A model generated the notes under the pieces. It was not told the origin of the DNA, did no database searches, and saw only the letters and a program-made list of their open reading frames with translations. 64,000 bases of DNA from Macrostomum lignano (lineage: Eukaryota): NCBI GenBank assembly GCA_002269645.1, contig NIVC01002188.1:91357-155356 (forward strand), read 5' to 3'. The position numbers and the translations under genes were made by a program. Positions 43,601 through 55,600 of this stretch are shown here, one piece after another (positions within the stretch are counted from its first letter, which is position 1; every line of letters begins with the position of its first letter).

Positions 43601-46600
43601 CAGATTCGGTCAAGAAACGGGCCAAAAACGTTCACCTCGACCATTTTTTATGAGCTTGATGAGGTCAAATACGGTTGAAACGCGGTCAAAAAAGATCGAA
43701 TTGCGGTCAGATGCGGTCAAAATGTGGCCCCGATACTATTTGTCACTTGTTCACTTTTCCAACAGATGTATCCTTGCGCGCGCTACTTTGGTTTGTGCCT
43801 GCACATTGCGAGACTTATTGTCTGTATGAAAATAAATAAATGAATTGTATTCTGTAACTACGGAAGAAGCGTTCGTTTGCGCACAGCGACATATTTTGAG
43901 AGTTCCTTTTTCTCTTTTCGCTGGAACATAAGACTTATCGTAGGAGAACTATAGGAAAGTACATGGGCACGTAGGCTATATATAGCTAGAGAATGAGCAG
44001 GAGCATGAGATCGACCCCAGACATTAAACATTGTTGCAGCTAAACATGTACGCACTGCCATGCGAGATGCTGACGCAGATTTTCGGGGAGCTCGACGTTC
44101 AGAGCCTTATGCAATGCGCCCCCCGTTGGGGAGCCAAAAAATGCAATACAAGTTTTTTAATAAACTACATGTAGCGTCTCTTTGCAATACCACAGGTAGG
44201 AGGAATTCAAGTTAAATGCAAAAAAATTGCCCATAATCGGTTTTTTGTTCATGGGATAGAATTTGTACCCCTGATTCTAAAATGACCTCCCATGAAATCC
44301 TAACTGATTGGGTTCGCGAGATATGCTCATAATTAAGTTTTTACCATAGATATGAGGCAGTCCAACAAGCAAAACTCGCCATTCAAGGATAAGTTGAATG
44401 TATTTTGTCCAAAACAGTTCTCACCACTGTGAATTCAACTTGTAGTGTGCAATAGTTCAGACACTATTTCAAAATATATATTTTAATTTAAACAGTGAAT
44501 CAGCAAATTAATAGTTATTATCATTATTTACCTATAGAATTTTTAAGATAATGGCTAATCTTTCTAAGTCTAAACCAAAACAGAAAACTGTAATGCAATA
44601 GATATTGAGCTGTAAATTCAAATAGATTGTCATTGAGCATTTTTAGTTTTACAAGCAATTACAAATGACAGCTATTATATTGTACCGTGGCCTGTAGAAG
44701 CTGTTGTCCCATCGCTGGGTCACCACTCCGGCGCTTAAAGTTTTGCCATACTTTACTGAAATCATGGTGAGCACTTTCACCAGCCTGCTCAGAAAATGTG
44801 CCCAGGCCTTTGCCATGCAGTCTGCAAAACTCGACCACATGGACGAACACGCAGTGAACTTTTGGTGTCACTCTAATAGGTACGAGGTGTATCCCAAAAG
44901 TAAGTTTCCCTCATATTTAACTCGGCACCCAAGAGGCTCAGCTAAGTGCCACGTACGTTGTTGCTTTCTTTTTTGTCTATGGCCCAACCCTAAACAAGTC
45001 GCTAAGTCCTAGCTTGTTCTCGAGCTGCATGGCTGCAACCCAAGCACACAACCCTTTGCAACGATGGCCGCGTCCAGCTCGTTCTCTCGCTATGACGTTC
45101 GAAGCATCATCAAGTTTTCTGTGCTGTCTGGAAAATCGACACCAGAGATTCATCAAGAACTCGTGAGAGTCCTAGGAGAAGCTGCACCATTCATTCAAAC
45201 GGTCAGGAAGTGGGTGCGAGAAATTCAAGAAGGACGGGACTGCATGGAGGACAAAGAGCGTTCTGGACGACCAAGGACTGCGACAACGGATTCCAATGCT
45301 GATCGCGTGATGGCTTCTGTGAGTGAAGACAACAGAAGGACATGCAGTGAGCTGGAGGAACTCCTCGGCATTCCCCACAGCACTGTGCACCGCATTCTGA
45401 CCGAGAATTTAGGCCTACAAAAGCTTTTCGCCAAATGGGTGCCACATCTGCTGACTGACGAGCAGATGGAGGAGCGGGTGCTGGTGTCCCGGGACTGCCG
45501 CCGTCGGGTTCGTCGTGAAGGCGACGGATTTCTCGGTAGAATGGTGACTGGGGACGAGACGTGGGTCTACGAATGGGACCCAGAGCTGAAGCGGCAGTCA
45601 GCGCAGTGGCTTCCGATAAGATCGGTGAGTCCCGAGAAGGTGCGACGCAAGCAAGGCTCATTGAAGGTGATGCACATCATTTTTTTTGACATTGACGGGA
45701 TCATTCTGGACTGGCCTGTGCCTGTGGTTACCAAAGTGAATGCTGAGTACTATCGATGGGTGCTTCAAGAGAAACTGCGACCAGCGATAAGGAAAAAGCG
45801 GCCGGGCCTTCTGGAGAGAGGCGTCATATTCCATCACGACAACGCCCCGGTGCATCGGGCCAGACGGGTTGAAGAGCTGCTCGGCTCGTGGAACTGGGAA
45901 ATTCTCCGCCACCCGCGCTACTCGCCTGATTTGGCTCCGGCAGACTTCTATCTGTTCCCGAAGATGAAAGAGAGCCTTCGTGGCCAGCGTTTCGGATCTG
46001 AGGAGCAGGTGAACAACAGCGCTTCATCAGCTCTCCGACATCTGGCGATCGCCGGCTGCAGGCCCGCCTTTGAAGCGTGGGTGCGTCGCTGGGAAAAGTG
46101 CGTTGAGCTTGGCGGCCGATTTGTGGAGTGACAAATACTTGAAGTTGTGGTTTGACAAAGTTTACGTTTTTTAAAACTAATTGCTCACTGTTGGCAGCTG
46201 ACCGAAACTTACTTTTGGGATACACCTCGTAGCTTGCAGTAGGACTCTCGAAACTGCTGAATCAGCTGTTCATATTCAGGCTGTAGCTTCTCCCCAAAGC
46301 AAGCGTGTACCACTTCACGGAAGCATTGAAGGGCTTCACCAAACTGCTTCAGCTGCTCAGGCAGGATGCTCGTCAGTTCATCAGCTAGTTGCAGGATTGC
46401 GTGGCACTGGTTGCCCTTGAATGATCCTCCGCGATAGTCAGCGCGCCCGATGTTATGGCTTGCAGCCCAGCTGAGTACATGACCTCCGTCAGCTTCAAGC
46501 GAGTCGACGATCTTGTTAACAACTCCAATGAGAAGATGCAGCTCAGGTGGGGGCAGCTTGTTGAGTATCGGCTCATCTTCTCCACCAGACAAAAGGGGTT

Positions 46601-49600
46601 TGTTAACACAGCTTTTAAAAAGCTTGGCCGATCGCAAATCATTGCCTGCTTCGGAAAAGGCAGCTGCATTCTTTGTTACACTGCCAAATGTGCGCGTCAG
46701 ACCATCCGCAGCGAATGGAGCCTTTGCCTCGCACCATGTACATGGGTACATTCCCGCGTGATTCTGCAAGCCAATCACTATGTTGGCAAGCTTGAGATCA
46801 CAAGCAACAGTAAACGAAATCGCCTGTAGATTCAGAGAGTCCAGTAGTAGTTTAACGTTGAGATAAGTCTCACTAACATCAGGAGCAATAGCGATGATCA
46901 TTAATTTTTTAACACCAGAGTTGAGAAACTGGCGGCTGCAGGCTAACTTCTTTACTGGCGATGCTGCAGGCTCAGACTCACCGGTCACAGTCAGCACAAC
47001 TTTCAGAGAGCCTCCTCCACCATCAATTCCATTCCAATTTTGACAAAGCTGTTCTCGATGCCACGCTCGGTGCAAATATGATTTAGCAAACCTTGAAGAT
47101 CGGAGCAGATCACGGCTGGCCTTGGTCTCGAAACCTCCTGAGTCTGTCCAGATGAACGTATGAATGGCAGCTGAACTAACGTGAAGAAGCTTGTTAGGCA
47201 GCGGCCTCTCTTCTGCAGCTCTTCACGAAGGTTAGGCTCGATCACATTCCGGCCTGCACCTAACCTAAGAATGCTGGCCAGCTTTAGAGTCTGCTTGCTG
47301 CTTAAACTAAGCCCGACTTTCAAAGCCGAAATTGTTTCGTGGCTTATATGTCCTTTCCTAGAAACACTTGTTATAGGTTCAGCGGCTGAGCTAGAGGCTA
47401 CCTTGACTCGAAGAGGTTTACCAGCAGTTTGACTTAGTACAATACCACCTGCTGCAGCCTCATTACACTCCTTGATGACTGAGCTAGCCAGCTGGTGCTT
47501 GGTAAGAGGAGATATTTTGTCTCGCAAATTCTTTAATTTGGTTGTTTTATTGCAGCGATGCTCCAGGCCGGGTCCGATCCGTGACATGCAATGCGAGCAG
47601 AGTTTTTGAATCGCAGTAGCATCTGCCACAGCAGGACGACCTCGGCTTGCTGGTGGACCTGTGGCCAAGTATTTGGTGTCTGGCACTGCACTGCTGCTCC
47701 TGTGTGAGCTGGCCAAGCTACACAGCTCACAGTTGCAGTCAGGGTTGCCACGAGTTGCAGGCGGCAGAGACTGAAGGTCGGTAACTATCTGGTCATACGC
47801 CAGTAGGACTGGAATAGGTCGCGAATCTGGGCAGGACAAAGACGAAAGCTTCCTTCTGCAGCCGTCACATATGCCAGATGGAAGATATTGTCGTTCTACC
47901 TTGAAGCCTTCGTACACTGTAGATTGAATTAGTTCAATCTGATGCTCCGTCAAAGGGCGATGCGCTCTTCGAAGACACATGGCACACAGTGCCTGGAGAT
48001 TTTCTTCGTGGTTTCTTTTCTTTGGCATTGTAGTTGATGAGTAAAAACAAGAAATTTGTTTGGACAGTTGATCAATTGAAACAAAATATTCTAAAATGCT
48101 CTAAATACTCATTTACATCACCATAAATTGAGCAACTGCTCATGATTTAGGTATAAAGGGATCGATAAAAAATAATGTGCAAATCGTGTGAGTGTGATCA
48201 CAAGCGAAATTTTGCCTTTTGCCGTTTAATGGTGGCGGGTTGAATGTACATATTTTTATCGATTATACGTCAGGTGATTTTATTGCATATTTCATGATCG
48301 TGGTGGTAAATAGACTTAGAAGACTGTACAATACTTGTTATCTTCTCTAATTTAGAGAATCAAACTTATTTATATAGAAGAGGCCAATTCTTTACACTAA
48401 GAATGTACAGCATAGCATCAGTTGTAACATCGCACACTTAACAAAGTTGCCTTGAGTTTTTTGTTTTGTTTTACCCTACAAAAAGTATGATTAAACATAC
48501 ATGCACTCAATACAAATTGAATTCACAGTGGTGAGAACTGTTTTGGACAAAATACATTCAACTTATCCCTGAATGGCGAGTTTTGCTTGTTGGACTGCCT
48601 CATATCTATGGTAAAAACTTAATTATGAGCATATCTCGCGAACCCAATCAGTTAGGATTTCATGGAAGGTCATTTTAGAATCAGGGGTACAAATTCTATC
48701 CCATGAGCAAAAAACCGATTATGGGCAATTTTTTTGCATTTAACTTGAATTCCTCCTACCTGTGAATACCTCAGCAGTCCCTTGTAAGCCTTGACATCTC
48801 AGAAATTCCCCCCATAAGCCTTGAAATCTTAAAAAATTTGTTAACCTTCTAACCCTAACCCTAACCTTAAAGCATTGACATTTCAGTAATTCTCTCCGAG
48901 AGTCATTATAGCACTACAGCATTATAGCGATTCTCTGCAAGCCTCGACCTCGTAGGGATTCCCAAATGAATCTCTTAACTTCGACATGAAGCTTCTTTTT
49001 TTACATTACACTTTATCTATCAGCGATCCTTCCCGTGAAAAGCCAACAAATAATGAAATTTTTTTACAATAAACTACATGTAGCTTGTGAATTTAGCCTT
49101 GACATCTCAGTTATTCCCCCGTGAGCCTTGACATCTTAGCTATTCCCCCCGTAAGTCTTGACATGTTCGCGATGCCCCCCATAAACCTTGATATTTGAAA
49201 AATCCCCTGTTAATCTTGAAACCCGCTAAAATCTAACCCTCAACCCAAACCTGACCTAAACCTAACTTTAACCCAACCTAAAGCCTTGAATCTCAGCAAT
49301 TCTTCTCCCCTAAGCCTTGACATTTTAGTGATTCCTTATTAAGAATCACAGCACTATAGCGATTCCCTCCAAGCCTTGGCATCGTAGCAATTCCCAAATG
49401 AATCTTTTAACTTCGACATCATGACTCTTCTTTTATGTATACATAGTGCTTCTTTTCTTTTTTACATGACTCTTCTTCTATCAGCGCCCCCCGTAGCGAG
49501 CCAACAAAGAATGTAATAAAAAAATTGAGTAAACTACATGCACTTTGAAGTAGCTTCTGACGTTTGCTTCTTTGCTTCTCTGACATCTCAGAAACCCCCC

Positions 49601-52600
49601 CCACCCCGTAATCTCAGTTATTCTCCGTGAGCCTTGACATCTCAGTAATTCTCCCCAGCACAGTACAATAGCTTCATTTAATTTTTACATGACACTTCTT
49701 TCATGTCTGACATTACGCTTATTTTGATTTTTACATGACGCTTCTTTTATTCTTCCATGACGCTTCTATGATTTCTCAAATGACACTTCCATTAGTTTTT
49801 ATATGAGGCTTCTATGATCTTTTGATGACGCTTCTATGATTGTTTACATGACGCTTCTATGATTGTTTACATTACGCTTCTATGATTGTTTACATGACGC
49901 TTCTATGATTGTTTACATGACGCTTCTATGATTGTTTACATGACGCTTCTATGACAGTTTCCAGTTTATAATACACTTTATGCCGCTTTCATAGTCCGTT
50001 GTGCATTTATTGTTACCTCAGTGTTGAAGGTTAAGGTGCCAAGTAAATTGCCCAGCATTTCAAGGTTTTTCCATTTCTATGTAAGATCGTAGGACTGAGA
50101 ACTGAGAACTAGAACTGAGTTTTTTAGTTCAGTTTTTTCAAAAGAGCAACGCAACTACCCACTGCCCTCTCTACATTCCCCTCCTACCCTTTCTACATAG
50201 ATACAGAACATAGATAGTTTATATATGGTCCAGTAAACATATACTCCAGCATACATTTATCTTTCTTTGCACCCCTTTGCACATGGAACCCCTTAATTGC
50301 AGATGCGAACATGAGCAAATGTTCTCCACCCGATCAAACAGCGCGAAGACTGTACATGCAGCGCTACTGGGCTAGGGTTGCACTAAACCCGCCACGGCCC
50401 GGCGGTCAAGCGACGGGCCCCGCCAGTAGGCCTGGAACATCGCGAGACCGGTCGCGATCTCCTGCAATATTTCTATCTCCGGAAGAACAGGATGCATCCA
50501 TCGCCGAATCCGTCGATCACGAGGTCGGCTCTGCTAGCGTCGATGGCGCTCCCAACGTCAGTGATTCGACTGAATCGACTGACGGTGACCACTCAAAGGT
50601 GTCGGTGGATGAAACATCGACGTCCACTGATGACACGGGCCAGGACGATGTCGTCGAGGTGGACGACTCATACGATCATACAGACTCTGACGAGACGGGC
50701 GACGACTCGTCTGATGCCACAAATGATGTGGCCGATGGCGACGAAAATCTCAATCTTACGGCAATGGAGCTGGATCAGCAGCTGCAGGCCGCGGAGCTGG
50801 AGAATGCCGCTGTCGCGGCCGAGAATGCCGCTGACCCAGTCAATGCTGGCGCTGCCGAGGAGCTCCTAAACGTTCCCTTCCACGCATCTCTGCCTGTCAC
50901 TCTGGGCGACGCGGTCTCTGAGATTCAAGTGGGCAGGCGCGACCTTGCATTGTCGCAAAATGGCGTCCAGCGCCTTCTAAACCTGCTACATCGGCTTGTA
51001 CCAGACAACGCTTTGCCTCGCACGGTCTATAAACTGACATCGTACACCAATGCGTCCACAAGTGTGTTGGGTACGTCCAAGTGCTTCACCATCTGCAGTG
51101 CGTGTGCCAGCAATTCGACCGGCTCGTGTCGACCGGGTGATGTGTGCTCCCGCTGTGGCAGTACCAACGTTGGCAACTTCTGGGTGCTCGACGTCAAGAG
51201 ACAAATTAGGACGCACGTCGAATGCGACGGATTGCTTGCGAACGTTACCTTCCCGGTGGATCGCATACCAGTTCCAGGTATTAAGTCTGTCACAATTATG
51301 ACAGCAGCATTTTGAAATCAGCGCAGCTGGTGTACCGGGTATTCTATTTAGTTGTGTTAATCCGCCCTACTGACCCTCAGGCGTACTAGACGTCCACAGC
51401 AGTGTACTTTACCGCGAATTCGTGGAGGGAATGCGTCCGACAGACAAGGAGGACGTCTCCTACACCGTCGCATACATGCGCAACCTAGGGAATCACCCGG
51501 CCGTTTCTATTGGAAACACACACATGTAAGTCGCTATTGGCTGAGAGCAGTCACATGACTATTATTCTGTCCAATAGCGACTTACGTGTGTGTTGCCAAT
51601 AGAAACGGCCGGGTGATTCCCTAGGTTGCGCTAGGTTAATTATTGATTTGCACTGTTTTCGCTGTGTTTACTTTCCGCTTATAAAGAAGTTATGTTTACC
51701 GTTTACCTTTACCGTTAATAAATTTATTAAAGTGCTACATGCTAACTTTCACAGTTTTTTTCTGAACAATCTGACTAGCGTACTGTAGCCACAATGTTTC
51801 TGCTACCTCATATTTTCGGACAGATCAATTTGGACATCACTTAGATACGTAATCTATATATTTAGTTAAGCATATTATTCAGTATGTTTCAAGACGAAAA
51901 ATGGGTCGGAAGTGGTGTTCCAGGTAGAATGCTGCTGGTTAGACATGTATGTTAACTTACTATGTAGTTGCTGTTCCACCAAAACAGTTGCAGCATGCCA
52001 AAGGCTGACAAGCTTAGCTCGACCGGTGCCAGGAAGGATGCCAGGAAGCATCGCCAAAAAAGGAACGAGCAGCTCCGATCCCAAGCTGCCCATCGGCAAC
52101 AGGCGGCCTGTTGCTGTATCGACCGACGCCGTGTCTGCTGCTGCATCGACCGACGCCGTGTCTGCTGAGGCATTGACCGACGCCGTGTCTGCTGCTGCAT
52201 CGACCGACGCCGTGTCTGCTGAGGCATTGACCGACGCCGTGTCTGCTGCTGCATCGACCGCTGCGGAATACCGGCCAGTGAAACCGGAGCAGGAGGTGCG
52301 CTGGTTTGTGTTAGAATTCGCGGAGGATAGGCGCGAGTGGCAGCCAGTCTCGACGCTGCCACACCGGCGGCCGCATCGTGGCCCTCCACCGTAGCGACCC
52401 GCTGCCCGTGAAAGTCGGCAGTCAAGTCCAAGTGGTGGTGGCCAAATCAGGGTACGTGTAAACGGATTTCATGCGCATGGCGCGCGTATAGCTTCTGTAT
52501 AGCTTCCCGTTTATATACGACTGGCGGTATGCAAAAACGATCTAAATAATTATGCAGGCAGGCGAAGCGGTGGCCTGGGGTGCTTGTCCGGGGCCCGCTA

Positions 52601-55600
52601 ACGACCAGGGAGGAGGCGCTAGCGATCGCAAACCTTAGCCGTCGCGAGGTGCCACAGCCCGAGCTGACCCGAGGGTGTCCAGCCTGCCGCAACCTGCAGC
52701 TCGAAGTGTCCCGCGTCCGCGACCTGGCCGACGCCAAAGGTAATTAATAAGTGAACACCCGCTGTCACCTTTAGTTGTTGCAACGTCGATGTTCGTTTCG
52801 TTTCGTTCATTTATTTGTGTCACCTTTTCTGCCACAGGGGCCGAGTTGCAGCGCCGTACGGCCCAGTTGCAGGACGCAGATGCCCGTGCTAATGAACTCC
52901 AACAACAGGTCGCTTACCTGTCGCGTCGGGCGACGGCGCTGGAAGCGCTTTTAGCCGAGGAGCAGCGCCTTCGTGCCCTACAGGAGAAGCGATGCGCACA
53001 GGCAGTCGCTCACATGCAGCGGGCAGCTTCCTCTTTACAGGCGATCGATGGCCCACAGGATCATGTTGCACCAGGAATCGACATCGATCCTGATGCAGAT
53101 CGCCGATTATCGTTTGAAGCCGAAGCTATGCTGGTCGATAACACTGCTGCCACTGCTAGTGGAGAGGGCTGGAGTGCCAACCGGGTCGCTGTGCTGCCGC
53201 ACAGTACACCAGGTGAGATCTGCAAATACTTACAGTGCAATCGTTCTAACTCATCTGACTGACTGGTCACCCTCATCACTATCCCAAACCAGCCGAGTCC
53301 ACTGGCCTTGTCCCTCTGGCAGAGGACATGCCCTATGTCCTGGTAGAAGTAGGTTGGTGCCAGGAGTGCGACAGCCGTGTTGCACAAATCCAGGAAGTGT
53401 TGCAGGCATTGGTGACCACTGTGAATGTGGCTGAAGTGGAGAAACTAAACTGGCGCAAAAAATTGCCAAGTGGGCGCTTGTGCGGACTCTTGCTCGCACC
53501 TTTTTCAGCGATGTGCAGCTGACCTGCCTTAATGTGACTGGCCAGAAGGTTGGCAACAGCCCGAGCACTCCAGCCAACTGCACATCACTTGGTCACATGG
53601 AGCGATTTATGCGGAAGATTGGGTGCTCACTGGAGCCGTGGAACTGCTGCGGAACATGGCAACAGCACGCAGGCACCTGGGCATGCCCTGTAATAAAAGA
53701 ATAATAAAAGCTAAGACCTCTACCACTGGTAGCAATACTGGCCATGTCGGCAGCACCGCTATAGCCTCTGCTAGCCCATCAAATGCCAACTATACTGGCC
53801 ATGTCAGCAGTGCCGCTATAGCCTCTGCTGGCCCGTTGAACGCCAACTATACTGGCCATGTCAGCAGGGCTGCTACAGCCTCTGCTGGCCCGTTGAATGC
53901 CAACTATACTGGCCATGTCGGCAGCGCCACTACAGCCTCTGTTGGCCCATCAAACACCAACAGTTATGTGCGTGACATGCATGACTTTGTGGTGGCGCAA
54001 GAAGACCTGTTGCACTAGGTCCTAGCTTAATTGTATATGCGCCCAAAGTGGCAGTATATTCAAGAGTTAAGTCAGTCTAAAAATTAAAGCACAACCTAAG
54101 AATTTTTAGAATTTTCAGATTTTAAATTGGCACAGAACTGAACCACAGTTATTCAAATTCAAACTTCATTGAACTCACATTTCACAGGATATCGGAGCCA
54201 TGTAGCAGCCTTGGCCAGAGATATAATAAGCAGTTTATTTTTTCCTGTGCCTCAAAATTCTAGCAACAGTCAGCCTAGAATTCAATCAAAGCTTTAATCA
54301 AATGTCTCTAGACTGACTTTCTCCTAAAAAACTGTACCAAAACTGAATGCTTCTGCTTATAAACAGCATTTATGCTCGTTTTTCTATAAACATTGACAGC
54401 CAATTTTTTTATTACATCTTCTAATATTTGCTTTAGTTTTAATTGCTTTCACTCAACTTTTGTAGTTTTCATTTTGTTTTACATCTAGCAAATATAGTAA
54501 AGCATATTGGTGCTATTCTTTGCCGTTCTGCCATTCTTACTGTTCTTTTCTATGACAGTTTATGATTTAGCTTTTCATGATTTATTCATTTGATTAAATA
54601 GTTGATTCCTCTTCCACGAATTCCTAATTCCTCTTTCTTCAGGGAAAAGATGGAGCTCAGTCACAAAGAGACAGAGATATACAGTACATCTAGACCACAT
54701 TTTGACTGCAGCTTAACTGCATGCTTAACTGCCAAATTTTGACTGCATTTGGACTGCATAGCCTTCTTAGCCGTATTTTGACCACTTTTCTTGACTACAT
54801 TTGACTACAAAACAATGGACAAATTTGACTGCAATAAATACGTAAAACTTGGAGATTTGCGGTCAAAGGAAAATGAGGTTTGACCCCAAACATAACTACT
54901 AGCACGTTTTTTGACCGTATTTGTTACTCTTGTGAGTTAGGGCCATGCGGTCTCCTAACTCCTAACTGAAAACAATGCATAGTTATTTTTTGCCAGGCTT
55001 GGGCGGCAGCCATTTCACCCATCTAGTTTGGATGGGTCGGATGGGTGTTGGGCATGTATGTCTTAGATACTAGAGTTAAAATTATGGTTTTAGACTTTTT
55101 GTATTTTAAAGGCTCTAATAGAGATTTTTTAACCTTTTTGGAATTTACTTTTTTGACAAGGAAAAATTACAATAGAACCTAATTTTCCAAATCATTTAGC
55201 TAATGAGAACTTTTTTACTAATCTATATAATACCTAAAAATAATAAGTACCTTATTACTTGATAATTTTACTACTTAAGTAATTTTTTGTTGATAATTTT
55301 ATTAATGGTTTTTATTGTTTTATATTCTAAGAATGTTATTAAATAGATCTAATAAAAAATTAAAATGTAATAAAAGTATACTTTGCTAAAATAGCTATAT
55401 ATCTTTTGCCAATGTGGTCTTTGTTAAAGTAGGCTTACCAAGTCTAAAAATCCTTTTAGAGTTCTTGTTAACAAAAATATATTGTATCTATATTTATAAC
55501 CATATCTTATTATATTTTTATAGCATATCAAAACCTATATCCATGGCAGATATATAAATTATTAATTTTCTATAACTTTTAGTAATAACATTTTAATAAT

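Larger units (their letters stand above)
44659..48028 (-). pseudogene. Chapaev/RAG1-like transposase; restores to 671 aa after removing the mariner and a 5-bp duplication
   Basis: N-terminal H-x7-C-x2-C..P-x2-I-C-x2-C zinc domain. Core motifs KIGIDGGGGSLK, ACDLKLANIVIGL..YPCTWC, PELHLLIG, TPKVH....H, SEQAGESAHH. Length check: 3370-1349-5=2016 nt, in frame to TAA. Confidence 0.88.
44191..48764 (-). mobile_element. RAG1-related (Chapaev / N-RAG-TP-type) DNA transposon with ~250-bp TIRs
   Basis: Termini CACAGGTAGG...CCTACCTGTG. 5-bp TSD AATAC (44186-44190 and 48765-48769). TIRs 44191-~44445 and ~48510-48764, with about 3 mismatches in the first 241 bp. Single transposase ORF on the minus strand. 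Confidence 0.9.
43441..54997 (+). mobile_element. Large CACTA/EnSpm-like DNA transposon (non-autonomous, with nested insertions) in WDFY2 intron 1
   Basis: 21-bp imperfect TIRs cccggcaaaaaataattacgc and (reverse complement) cctggcaaaaaataactatgc, 18/21 identical. 2-bp TSD CT. Arrays of GCGGTCAA/TTGAC(C/T)GC subterminal motifs at both ends (43465-43730 and 54695-54920). It contains a CACTA-type transposase fragment. Confidence 0.78.

Noticed and set aside
44446-44658. Searched for a RAG2-like gene convergent with the RAG1-like transposase, as in ProtoRAG
   Set aside because: Only about 210 bp of AT-rich sequence lies between the stop codon and the TIR, and there is no second ORF, so this is not a ProtoRAG.
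48845-48870. CTAACC runs as an interstitial telomere
   Set aside because: There are only about 3 units, embedded in a longer degenerate repeat.
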